Below, in pieces: positions 50,901-62,821 of a stretch of 64,000 bases of DNA. This DNA comes from Octopus sinensis. Its lineage: Eukaryota. The first letter of the stretch is position 1. Each line of letters starts with the position of its first letter. Made by a program: the position numbers and the translations under genes. The notes below the pieces were generated by a model that searched no databases, had not been told where the DNA came from, and saw nothing but the letters and a program-made list of their open reading frames with translations. The stretch covers positions 868,001-932,000 of the forward strand of contig NC_043024.1 in the NCBI RefSeq assembly GCF_006345805.1, given 5' to 3'.

Positions 50901-53900
50901 CTGATACAATGTCTTGTTCTGGTCCACAATACCTTGCTGTTGTTTAGCATCAGATCAGAACCAATTAAGGAGACCAAAGATCAAAGGCATTCCAGGGAGG
51001 GAAAATGTAGGAAAATGGTTATTGTCGCTATTGGAATGTTTCCAATCACAGGTCGGTTTGATTAGGGTTAAAGAAAAAGGACAACAGTAAAGCGCACGCC
51101 TCACCTTCTCTTTTGCAAAAAAGAAATACATAAAAAGATACAATTCGAGGTAATTAGCTTGTTGTTAATTTAAACGACTTAATTATCAGCTGATATCAAG
51201 AATCGAAGCTGCAGAAGTTGGCACAAAGATATCGAAGGGTTCGTTAATTTGTTTTAATAATTGTTACAACCAAGGCCAAGCTGTAGCACTACTTTTGAAA
51301 AGAATGGGAGACTTCCTTACAAAAATGAAATGATCCAAAAATGTTTTATTTGGGAGCAGGGAGGGCTCAAGGCCCCACGGTATGAAGAGGTTTGCATGAA
51401 ACAAAATCCGACATCAACTGAATCAAAATACACCGAATTGATGACAGTATTTATATGTGTAAAGTGTGTGTGTGCGTGTTTAAGCATATACACAGCCTTG
51501 AGTTGACAAAAGGGCCCGCAAATAGGGCTCTGGACAATTTGAGAGAATTTTGTTGAAATCCAGAGTAGGTCAGGTAAAACCAAAAAAGAAAAAAGAAAAA
51601 AAAAAAGAAACCCAAGTGTCCCTACATGTTTGGTAAAGTATTTATGCTCCCGTAATTTACGACCGCCCAAAATGAAAGGGGTTCTGGGTATTTCAATTCC
51701 AAGTTTATAAGTCAAAGAAACATCTAAAGTCTAGAGGAACTTGCAAATGATTTTTATGCAAAGCAGCAGTTTCAATTTTTTTCCCCATCATGGTTGTGAA
51801 AAGAAAAGAAGAAAAAAAAAGAAATCAGAAGATAAAAAAAGGGATCTAACTAAATACCTAAAGGCCAACTATGAGCAAAAAAAAAAAGGTCCTGCTCATC
51901 CAAAACCAGTTCTTCTGAAATGCACACAAGCATGCTCTTACTTCATCTGCACTGATATAGTTTGACACATGTGCGTAAGCTAGGGGTCAGACATTCGTGA
52001 GGGCGTTCACAGACATCTAAGGAATATGAGAATATATTGTTTTGGCATAAAAACCCTAATTAATGAAAGAGAAAGTGGGAGGGGTGTGAGCAATAAGGGA
52101 GTGAGACAGAGAGAAAAACGGTAGAAGAGAGGAAACCAAAATTATTACATGGTATACACTGTCAATGGTAACCCCCTGTTTATATAGAAGGGTGGGGGTA
52201 AAGTGATAGGAATGGTTGTGTGGGTGTGATGGACAGCTTGGCTGTGCAGTCAGTTAGTGCATATGTCAAGACAGCTTAGTCGCAGGGTCAATTAGTGCAA
52301 ATGTTAGACAGCTCGGCTGTGTGGTCAGTTACAAAAAGAAAGGGTATCGGTCACCCGGTCACCTATGTTGCATGTCATTTAGTGGAAAGATGGCTGGAAT
52401 GGCGATTACATTGAGGTGATTGACTTTAAAACCCACACCCCTCAAAAAAACCCCAAAGAGTTGATGAGTTTTAGTGCTGCAGTTAGGGTTCAGGGATGTC
52501 AGAAATGAAACACTTGAGATACAAAGCCTTAAATCTGGAACCTTTTCTTTTCACATCAAATAAAACCAAACAAGGAGAATATTTGAAATAAACACTAAAT
52601 TATGAAACGAGGCTTCTTTTGTTTTTCTCAGGAGTTGAACAACAACGAGCGAGTGGATGAGAAGAATGCATCTGGGCAGACATAGGAAAGACGATGATGA
52701 TGGTTAATTTCTAGCTTTGGAGAATGAATCTGGGCAGACATTTGCATGGAAATTCGACTGAGTTGGTCAAAGAATTTTTGACTGGTATTTATAGGGTCAG
52801 TTGTGGGAAAAATGAAAAATCAAAACTGATAATTGCAGGAACTGAATTTGGGAATAAAGGAACGATGCTAATTATTGCAAAGTATTCAGGTATCATGATG
52901 GTTATCGGGAACTTCTCTTTTCATAATTATGAAATTCACTAATAATAATAATAATAATGATATCCTTTTCACTAAAGGCACAAGGCCAGAAATTTAGGAG
53001 AAGGGGACTAGTTGATTACATTGACCCCAGTATTTCAGTGGTACATAATTTATCAACCCCAAAAAGATGAAAGGCACAGTCGACCTCAGCAGAATTTGAA
53101 CTCAGAACATGAAGATGGCTGAAATGTTGCTAAGCATTTCGCCCGACATGCTAACGATTCTGCTAACGATTCACTGCCTTAATTAACAATAAGAATTCTT
53201 TCTACTTTAGGCACAAGGTCTGAAATTGGGGGTAGGGGGGGTAGTCAATGTAATCGACTTCAGTACTCAACAGGTACTTAATTTATCGACCCCCGAAAGG
53301 ATGAAAGACAAACTTGACCTTGGCGGAATTTGAACTCGGAACGCTAAGCCAGAAGAAATGCTGTTTAACATTTTCTCTGGCACGCTAACAATTCTGCCAT
53401 CCGGCCACTTATAAAAGTAATAATATTAATACAACTATTGTAATGATGATGATGATGATGATTTTTAACATAGGCCCACTGATATGAATTTCATGATTAG
53501 CAGCAGAAGGGATTACAGTTGAGTAAATTGACCCCTACCGGGTACTTGATTGGTTCCTTTTTTTATTGACTATTTCCTACCAGAGAGAGAGAGAGGTTGA
53601 AAGGCAAATTTGACCCCAGGGATTTGAACTCTGAACATAAAAGGAACGTAACTAAATACCAAAAGGCCTTTATTTTTTTTGATTCATCCAACACTACATA
53701 TTTTGCTAATCCATTCACCTCAGAAATAATTATGCTTTCTCCTAAATGTCACTCAGCATTTGTCCAGTAGGCTAACGAGCCTCCTTAATAATAATAATAA
53801 TAATAGTAATCCTTTCTACTATAAGTACAAGGTCTGAAATTTGGGGGAGGGGGCTAGTTGATTACATCGACTCCAGTACACAACTGGTACTTAACTTATC

Positions 53901-55714
53901 GACCCCAAAAGGATGAAAAACAAAGTCGACCTCAGCAGCATTTGAACTCAGAACGTAAAGACACTGAGTAGTTTGTCCGGTGTGCTAATCGTTCTGCCAG
54001 CTTGCTGTCCTAATAATAATAATAATAATAATAAATTATGAACAATCCCACCCCCTCTACACACACACTGTGCCCTCCCCTACAAAAATAAGGAAAAAAA
54101 ACAGAAAACCCCCTAGAATAACCTTGTCTACCACGGTGATAGAATAAGCAAGTTCAAATTCTCTGCTCTCATCCTTCCTCACCACACAACATATATCACA
54201 CCCACACCTGTACAAAGTTTATGAGGTCCTTTATAACCCCAGCTTCCTAGACCCTCCCTCCCAAACCCCAAAATCACATTCCATAGATTTTTGAAAATAA
54301 ATTTTAAAAAATTTTACTTCATGTACAACCAATTTAGAAAAAAAAAATTGTGCATTTTTTTCTTTCTCTTCTTCTGATTTAATAATTAGAGGAGAAAAAA
54401 AACAATAATGAAAAAAAGGGGGAAATTATTGCAGACATAAAGGAGAGGGTGGGGGAAATAAGGTTGGAAAGAAAGAAAACATCCTTTATTTTTCTTAATA
54501 TTCAAAAGAAAACGAACCCAAGGTATGTTCTATATACAATCACTCATAGTCTGTCATTAGGTTGTCGGAACATCATTGAAATTTAGTTCATGTTGTGATA
54601 CAGGGGATGATATAGAGAGAAAATGGTTCCTCCTATGACCCCTATATCACCCTTTTCCAGACCCCTTGATAGGATTTTCCACATGACACTGCAAGGTTAA
54701 CAAATAGGTACAAACCTTAGATAACCTGAGGTTATCTCTACACCCACAACTCACAGTTAGGAACTGTATATCTACCTCCTTGTGATACCCCACTGGGTGC
54801 CCTACGTACAAATGTACCCTGCCATGATCCCTCCTGTTTATAGTTGAAGCCAAAAGAGATGTGAAGAGCTCTATGTAACTTCAGCTCTCTTGTTCCCACT
54901 AAATCACCACTCAATAATAATAATGATGACGGACTCTCCTGTCAAAGATGATGTATGAATGTCCAGCTTTTGCCGAACGACCCACACAAACTCTTTGTTT
55001 ACAGGGGTCAAATGTTTGTGCCATACATTAGCTCACTGCCTCCATCAAATCGGCATTACCTGAACAGCTGCATGGTGTGCCACATGTCAGGTGTAAAAGT
55101 GATTGCAGAGCGCACCACCCTGTCTTGGAGTTGAAACCACGATCTTGTGATTGTCAGTGCAACACCCTAACCACTGGGTCGTGTGTCCTATAATAATAAT
55201 AATAACTAGCTTGCTCAGCTGGTTCTTATTTTAGCGACCCCGAAAATGATGAAAGGCAGAGTTGACCTCGGTGGAATAATAATAATAATAATAAGCCTGT
55301 CTACTATAGGCACAAAGATCTGAAATTTGGTGGTTGATAAAATAAGCACCAGAACATGACTGGTACTTATTTTACAGACCCTGAAAGGATTAAAAGCCAA
55401 AGTCAAACCCAGCAGCATTTGAACCCAGAACACAAAAACGGAGGAATTGCTGTTAAGCATTTTCCTTAATTGTTCTGCTAGCTCGTCACCTTGCAATCTA
55501 ATATTATTAATTATTACTTATTGAGAGGTCAGAGGATTTATCATTAAGATATGACAAAAGAGGAACAAGAAGTTGTGGCAGTCATGGCTTTCTCAGGAAT
55601 GATAGATATGTTAAAGAAAAAAATAATCGTTGAATTTGGTTCAAGATTTTTTACAGCCAGTGCATCTGGCCACCAGATGCACCAGATGCAATAAACATTA
55701 GGTCAACCACAGAT

Positions 55715-55912
55715 GCACCAGGTCGCTCTGTGCAGCAAGTCGCTCTGTGCAGCAGGTCGCTCTGTGCAGCAGGTCGCTCTGTGCAGCAGGTCGCTCTGTG
55801 CAGCAGGTCGCTCTGTGCACCAAGTCGCTCTGTGTACCAGGTTGCTCTATGCAGTAGGTCGCTCTGTGCAGCAGGTCGCTCTGTGCAGCAGGTCGCTCTG
55901 TGCAGCAGGTCG
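55715..55912. repeat. GC-rich 17-bp minisatellite (GCAGCAGGTCGCTCTGT) x about 11.6
   Basis: Direct reading; explains ORFs 55651..56058 and 55713..55967. Confidence 0.95.
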
Positions 55913-56469
55913 GTCAAAGGATAAGATTTACTGGGAATATAAAAACGTTGCTTTGATTGTTTTTTAATAATAGAAAGAAAGCTTTTGAGATATTGGGGGG
56001 TGGAGGGCAAGAAGTGAGGTGTGTCTGCTTGAGGATGATGTGGGGGCATCCCATACAAGAGAACTGGAAGTAGTGATGGTTATGCTGTACCTGTGAACGT
56101 ATATTTATAGAAGAGATGCTGCAACAACTGGGAAGAGAGAACAGGGGGATTGGGTGGGTGGAAGAATGGGCTGCAGGGGGGGACGGGCAAAAGAAGGGTC
56201 GACAAGTCTGTGGTTCGTTTTTTTTTCTTAAAAAAAAAAAAGGGGAAAAACTTAGCAAAAAAAAAGGTACCACAATGACAATAATTTCAGTAATAAATTA
56301 AAAAATAAATTTAAGATAAACAAAATGAGGAGAAACAAAATAGAACAGTCACACGGAAAAAAACCCAAAAATGTAAAGAAATAAAAAATAAGGGGGGTGG
56401 GGGCATTTCATTTCTTTCTTTAAGGAAAAATTTGTTATTTATATATGTGTGTAAGTATGTATGTGTGCT

Positions 56470-56576
<107 letters not shown>

Positions 56577-56590
56577 TAAAATGTGTTTCT

Positions 56591-56752
56591 TTAAGATTGA
56601 TTGATAGAGTTATGGCCGTCTACGAGGCGCCTCTTTGCCTTTGGTGTGTTGTTGGATGTTACATGGTTGGTGACGGGAGGCACCGTCGTCTCGTCAATAA
56701 AGTCGTCGTCATCGTCTTCCTCTTCGGTGTCGCTGCGCACATCTTGGTTGAT
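56591..56752 (-). CDS. CERS: CerS last exon: INQDVRSDTEEEDDDDDFIDETTVPPVTNHVTSNNTPKAKRRLVDGHNSINQS*
   Basis: Pyrimidine tract + TAG acceptor, DxRSD motif, TAA stop at 56593-56591. Confidence 0.92.
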   Translation of the reverse strand: MNQDVRSDTEEEDDDDDFIDETTVPPVTNHVTSNNTPKAKRRLVDGHNSINQS

Positions 56753-57850
56753 CTAAAACAAACAAACAAACAACAAGATACAACTTTGCTGTGAAAAGAA
56801 AATGAAAAAAAGAAAAAAAAGAAAAATTTTTGACTAAATTTAACCCTTTTGTTACCATATTTCTCTGACCCTGGGGCTATAAGAGACTGAACCTGGAACC
56901 AGGGGGTTGGGGAAGCAAACTTCTTATCCACACAGCCATTCCTCTCACTTTCTTATTTCTTTACTGCCCACAAGGGGCTAAACATAGAAGGGACAAACAA
57001 GGACAGACAAACAGGCGCAGGAGTGGCTGTGTGGTAAGTAGCTTGCTAACCAACCACATGGTTCCGGGTTCAGTCCCACTGCGTGACACCTTGGGCAAGT
57101 GCCTTCTACTATAGCCTCGGGCCGACCAATGCCTTGTGAGTGGATTTGGTAGACGGAGACTGAAAGAAGCCTGTTGTATATATGTATATGTTTGTGTGTC
57201 TGTGTTTGTCCCCCTAGCATTGCTTGACAACCGATGCTGGTGTGTTTACGTCCCCGTCACTTAGCAGTTCAGCAAAAGAGACCGATAGGATAAGTACTGG
57301 GCTTACAAAGAATAAGTCCCGGGGTCGATTTGCTCGACTAAAGGCGGTGCTCCAGCATGGCCGCAGTCAAATGACTGAAACAAGTAAAAGAGTAAAGAGT
57401 AAACAGATTAAGTCGATTACATTGACCCCAGTGCGTAACTGGTACTTATTTAATCGACCCCGAAAGGATGAAAGGCAAAGTCAACCTCGGCGGAATTTGA
57501 ACTCAGAACGTAGCGGCAGACTAAATACCGCTAAGCATTTCGCCCAGCGTCTTAACGATTCTGCCATCTCTCTGCTTTTGCTGAGAACATAGCAAACCAG
57601 AAGAAATGGTCCCAAGCATTTTGTTGAACGTGTTAATGATTCTTCTAGTTCTCTGCTTAATAATGGTTTCAGATTATAGCAGAAGGTCAGCCGTTTTAGG
57701 GGCAGGAGTAAGTTAATATCATCAATGTCAGTGCTCACCCCTGGCATTTATTTTATTGACCCTGAAAGGATGAATGGCAAAGTCCACCTCAGAACGGAGG
57801 GAAAGCTTTTGGACATTTTGTGTGCTATTGATTCTACCAGCTCACTGTCC

Positions 57851-57920
<70 letters not shown>

Positions 57921-59299
57921 AAGATAATAAGTACTGAACACATTTCAGCAGTTGGTGATCCACTGCCTCTTTGAACGCATCTGGCTTTGTGGTTAGGGTG
58001 TTTGGCTAACAATCTTAAGGTCGGGAGTTCGGTTCTTGAGCAAAACACAGAGCTTTTTTAAATGACATCAACAGCAGCACTGGTGAGATCCCTAAACACT
58101 TGCAAAACAATATTCTTGATTTAGTAGGGTTCGATATTGAGGGATATGAAAATGTGAGAGAGAGGGAGAGGTGCGAGTGCCCGGATGAGGAGATAAACAC
58201 AAGACTTCCCAGGGAGAGAGAGAGAGGGAGAGAGAGAGAGAGGGAGAGAGAGAGATGTGAGGCCAAGGTAGAAGGTAAATATGTGACAGGAAGGGGATGC
58301 TTGGCAAGTTTTTCAAGAAGGCCAAATGACAGACCACGTACAAGATTGATTGCAAAAAAATGACGTGTGGTATGGGAAGAAAAAAAAACAAGATACTTTG
58401 ACTTACCTGCCCATGTGTATATTTCTGGAAGGCTATCCTAATAATCATGTACGTCCAAACGATGTGAAGTATTTGTAATATAAACAACAGACTTGCAAAG
58501 ACTATGAATGACGGAAACGAGGCGACGTGATCATGTATTTCGAAATATACCGAGCGGAGAACCCTGCAAACAATTGGGGAACAGGTCAGAGCAACAATGG
58601 GAAACACATTCATTATATATATATGTATATATACAGTGTTAATCCAAACATGAAAACACAGAGAAAACACAACAACGCAAGGACGTGGAACAAGTATAGT
58701 GTTATTGGACACTCAGGAAAGGAAAGAAAGAAGGAGGTTTTAACATTTCGAGCGGAGCTCTTCGTTAGAAACATAGGAAAAGGAAAGATCCAAGGAAGGG
58801 AAGACGGAGGAAAAAAAAAAAATCGCCAACGGTACACACCTGGTCACATTATATATATATATTATATATATATATATATATATGTGTATATATATATATA
58901 TATATAATATATATATATATATAATAATAATAATATTAGGGAGTATAACTCCAAACTTACAGGGAAAAATTCAATTTAGTATTAAATCAAATTTCACAGT
59001 ATAAATATATAAAATATAAATTACAGGAAAAACTACTATTATTCAATTCAAAAATTGTGGTAGAGGCCTTGGTCTCGGGACCACTCATGTCTAGAAACTG
59101 CGGTTGGGTGTAAACAAGGGTATGTTCCTCATAGAAAATCCAGCTCCAAAAAGGCTTTTTGATAGCAAAGAAGAATGGACACTAGCCAGCCCAAAGGTTG
59201 GGGTGGGCTGCACCTGCCTACCTTGATTGCTATGGCATTGAAGCAGATCTGGCCACCCCCATTAACAGGGACAAAACCCGGATTTAAAACACTGAATGA

Positions 59300-59338
<39 letters not shown>

Positions 59339-62300
59339 TATAAATGATGTACTTAAATGTAGTTATGTTTTTAGCCTCTGCTTTTTCAATAATCTCATGT
59401 GAGTATTTTATTTATATTCCCTCGTAAGCTCTACTGAAGAAGAATGTATCCTTTATAGGATTAATTCCGAAATTGATTCAATATAGAGATAACGAAATTT
59501 AAATTTTCTAAAGGTTAGTTGCCCGCTTTCAGTTCAATTTCCTTGTAACAAGTGGATTATAAGTGGATAAATCAGTGTATTAGCTATAGAATAACCTTCT
59601 TTAGCCCTTAATTATAAGATATATATATATATAAAAGCATAAAGGTTAATTAATTGAAAAGTAATTAAAAAACACTTACCAAAATGGATAAATTCCCAGC
59701 CTGGATATCATCCACAGAGCTGCAAATACCCCAAAGACAATCTCACAGAGAGTCTGTTTTTTAGAGTATTTTGCCATTTTTGCAGCCTGTTAAAAGAGAC
59801 AACGAAATCATTGAAATTCCTTGATGTAAGATGAGCAGAGATGGGTGATAAGAACAAAGGCAACAAGCCTAGGGTTACGGCTATCGCTTCTGCCAGCTCG
59901 CCGCCTTCCAGACCTCTCACTTTCTGTCTGTCTGTCTGTCTGGCATGCAAACGATTCTACCAGATGCACTCAGCCACTGGATGTGGTACGTGTTGAGTAA
60001 GTTCAATTTGGCAGAAGCACAGAAGCATGTTGATAGGCGTCCGTCACACATGGCTGATTTAGAGGGGGGGGGTCAGACAATAAAACAACAGCAACAGTAA
60101 AAAAAGGCAAATGTTAGGAAAGTCCTGAACTCACCACCAAGGATGGATCGACTATGTCATGAACAATGAGCGTGAGGGATCCGATGCGGACAAAATTCAA
60201 AAACCATGACATAGAGAGAAGAATGATGGTCGCAACATGGTGGATGATCATCACTTTTAAGTCCTGGAAACAGGAAAAAGGAAAAAACCAGGGATTTAGC
60301 ACAATAGAAATTATGCACACATAAAAAAGAAATTTAAATACAGGCGCAGGAGTGGCTGTGTGGTAAGTAGCTTGCTAACCAACCACATGGTTCCGGGTTC
60401 AGTCCCACTGCGTGGCATCTTGGGCAAGTGTCTTCTGCTATAGCCCCGGGCTGACCAAAGCCTTGTGAGTGGATTTGGTAGACGGAAACTGAAAGAAGCC
60501 TGTCGTATATATGTATATATATATATATATATATATGTGTATGTGTGTGTATATGTTTGTGCGTCTGTTTGTCCCCCTAGCATTGCTTGACAACTGATGC
60601 TGGTGTGTTTACGTCCCCGTCACTTAGCGGTGCGGCAAATGAGACCGAAAGAATAAGTACTGGGCTTACAAAGAATAAGTCCTGGGGTCGATTTGCTCGA
60701 CTAAAGGCGGTGCTCCAGCATGGCCGCAGTCAAATGACTTAAACAAGTAAAAGAGTACATGTGTGTGTGTCTTTGTATTTGTGTTTGTCCCCTCACTACT
60801 GCTTCATAACCAGTGTTGGTGTGTTTATGTCCCCCATAACTTAGTAGTTCAGTAGAAAAAGAAAAAAAAAAGGGTTGATCCATTCAGCTAAAACCTTTCA
60901 AAGTGGTGCCCCAGCATGGCCGTAATCAAATGACCAGAACAAGTAAAAGACAAAAAACCAAAAATATACATATAACTGAAGTTAAAAAACAAAAAACAGA
61001 AACACTTTCTTGTTCCAATTAAGATAATGAAGTGAGTTAAAAGACAAGGGAAATGAAGAAAACACTATGAGGCTGAAACTCACTTTTCTTTTGATATCCA
61101 TGAGTAGACTCAAGATGAGGCTGCCATAGAAGGCCAATTCAAAAAGATAATAGTAGTAGAGATCTGTGCCAACATTCTAGAATTGAGAAGAGAGAGAAAA
61201 ATACATATATATTAAACGAGCAGTATCGCCCGGCGTTGCTCGGGTTATAACTATGTAAGCATTTTTAGAGAGTTATAGCCAATAAGTAGCAAAAAAATGC
61301 ATTAAAAATGGAAAAGAAATTATGGTAAATTTTGTTTTTAAATCGTAGACTCATCGTAGACATTTTTAGAGAGTTACTTCCCTTATATAATAGCGAAAAA
61401 ATGCATTAAAATGTAAAAAAAATTATGGTAAATTTTTTTTAAAATCGTTGACTCATCGTAGACATTTTTAGAGAGTTATAGCCAATAAGTAGCAAAAAAA
61501 TGCATTAAAAATGGAAAAGAAATTATGGTAAATTTTGTTTTTAAATCGTAGACTCATCGTAGACATTTTTAGAGAGTTACTTCCCTTATATAATAGCGAA
61601 AAAATGCATTAAAATGTAAAAAAAATTATGGTAAATTTTTTTTAAAATCGTTGACTCATCGTAGACATTTTTAGAGAGTTATAGCCAATAAGTAGCAAAA
61701 AAATGCATTAAAAATGGAAAAGAAATTATGGTAAATTTTGTTTTTAAATCGTAGACTCATCGTAGACATTTTTAGAGAGTTACTTCCCTTATATAATAGC
61801 GAAAAAATGCATTAAAATGTAAAAAAAATTATGGTAAATTTTTTTTAAAATCGTTGACTCATCGTAGACATTTTTAGAGAGTTATAGCCAATAAGTAGCA
61901 AAAAAATGCATTAAAAATGGAAAAGAAATTATGGTAAATTTTGTTTTTAAATCGTAGACTCATCGTAGACATTTTTAGAGAGTTACTTCCTTATATAATA
62001 GCGAAAAAATGCATTAAAAATGGAAAAAAATGATGGTAAATTATTTTTAAATCGTAGACTCATCGTAGATACGTGCTAATACCCAGAAGGGCTCGATATG
62101 AATCACGACTATAAGATACCCGGTTTTGGTTAAACTGCACCGCAAAATGTGGGAGTAGTTAGGAATCTAAATCGTAGGAGACAGACAGCACACAACCTTA
62201 CTTTTATATATAAAGATATCAAATCAGACTGGGTAAAAGGGTTTTCCTGCTTGGGTGGCAACTGTCGTTACCTCTTTGCTGACCCCTAGAAAGTATGAAG

Positions 62301-62727
62301 GGATCGCTAAGATTTCCTTTAAACTTTGCTTTTGGTACATTTATTCCATAATTCTAACAATGAACAGATTGAAAATGGTGTTCTTATGTTTGTGTTGGAC
62401 CAGTAAATTAAATCGGTTTATCTACAACTTAACGACGACAAAATCAACGTTATTCTCAAGAAAATGGGGATAACGATGATTTCTTAATTAGATAAAGAGA
62501 ATAAAATGCTTTAAAAGCTTTACTAATTAGAAGTCAAGGTTGAAGTATTCCATTTCCTTTTTGATCGTTGCCACCTCGTAACTAATTAATTACATAACCA
62601 GAATTAGAAGATGTTGCTGGGTGGTCATGCTTGGAAGGAGCAGAGAGAAATAAACAGAGTAAAAGTTCTCAATTACATGATTGGGCCATCCTCTCCAACA
62701 GTCTTCAGTGTGCCACACCCAATGTTT
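56591..62727 (-). CDS. CERS: Ceramide synthase (Lag1p/TLC domain), 3' six coding exons (232 aa + stop); 5' exons not found in window
   Basis: Spliced frame contains the Lag1p motif RKDLKVMIIHHVATIILLSMSWFLNFVRIGSLTLIVHDIVD..AAKM..SRLGIYPFW and the C-terminal DVRSDTEEEDD acidic motif; GT-AG introns, phases consistent. Confidence 0.94.
56945..57570 (-). mobile_element. SINE family B copy interrupted by a family A copy (57014-57400, + strand)
   Basis: Family B halves rejoin across a duplicated AAACA. Confidence 0.8.
58407..58563 (-). CDS. CERS: CerS exon: VLRSVYFEIHDHVASFPSFIVFASLLFILQILHIVWTYMIIRIAFQKYTHGQ
   Basis: CAG/GTAAGT, 157 nt. Confidence 0.95.
58737..58772 (-). ncRNA. Degenerate minimal hammerhead-like motif (CTAACGA)
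   Basis: GTTT-CTAACGA-A-GAGC TCC GCTC-GAAA-TGTT-AAAAC. Confidence 0.55.
59429..59488 (+). ncRNA. Type I hammerhead ribozyme motif (Penelope pLTR/retrozyme-like)
   Basis: CTCTA-CTGAAGA-[A GAAT..ATCCT TTAT AGGAT..ATTC C]-GAAA-TTGA T TCAA-TA-TAGAG: all three stems and both core segments present. Confidence 0.8.
59680..59786 (-). CDS. CERS: CerS exon: AAKMAKYSKKQTLCEIVFGVFAALWMISRLGIYPF(W)
   Basis: CAG/GTAAGT, 107 nt. Confidence 0.95.
60135..60263 (-). CDS. CERS: CerS exon: DLKVMIIHHVATIILLSMSWFLNFVRIGSLTLIVHDIVDPSLV
   Basis: CAG/GTGAGT, 129 nt; HH and DxxD residues present. Confidence 0.97.
60343..60755 (+). mobile_element. SINE family A, young copy in CerS intron
   Basis: Near-identical to 34603 and 57014 copies; older copies at about 27685, 31078(-), 33413, 35350, 42510, 23760(-). 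Confidence 0.85.
61084..61176 (-). CDS. CERS: CerS exon: NVGTDLYYYYLFELAFYGSLILSLLMDIKRK
   Basis: TAG/GTGAGT, 93 nt. Confidence 0.93.
61217..62216 (-). mobile_element. Non-autonomous Helitron (1000 bp) carrying an internal tandem array
   Basis: Minus strand: A|TCTTTATATATAAAAG 5' end, subterminal hairpin CCCGAGCAACGCCGGG, CTCG|T 3' end (CTAG variant), inserted between A and T with no TSD. Confidence 0.8.
61258..62070. repeat. Satellite-like array: 8 monomers of 101/102 bp alternating as four 203-bp dimers
   Basis: GACATTTTTAGAGAGTTA recurs at 61359, 61461, 61562, 61664, 61765, 61867, 61968 with alternating subunit sequences. Confidence 0.95.
62677..62727 (-). CDS. CERS: CerS exon: KHWVWHTEDCWRGWPNH
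   Basis: Poly-T + CAG / GTAATT, 51 nt; matches the KPW..T..CW..YP pattern. Confidence 0.85.
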
Positions 62728-62789
62728 CTGAAAAAAAAAAAAGAAAAAACAAAATAAAAATTAATTAGATGGAAACTGAAAGAAGCCCA

Positions 62790-62821
<32 letters not shown>

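Noticed and set aside
55715-55912. CRISPR-like appearance of short direct repeats (also 61258-62070)
   Set aside because: Repeats are contiguous with no unique spacers, there are no cas genes, and the context is eukaryotic
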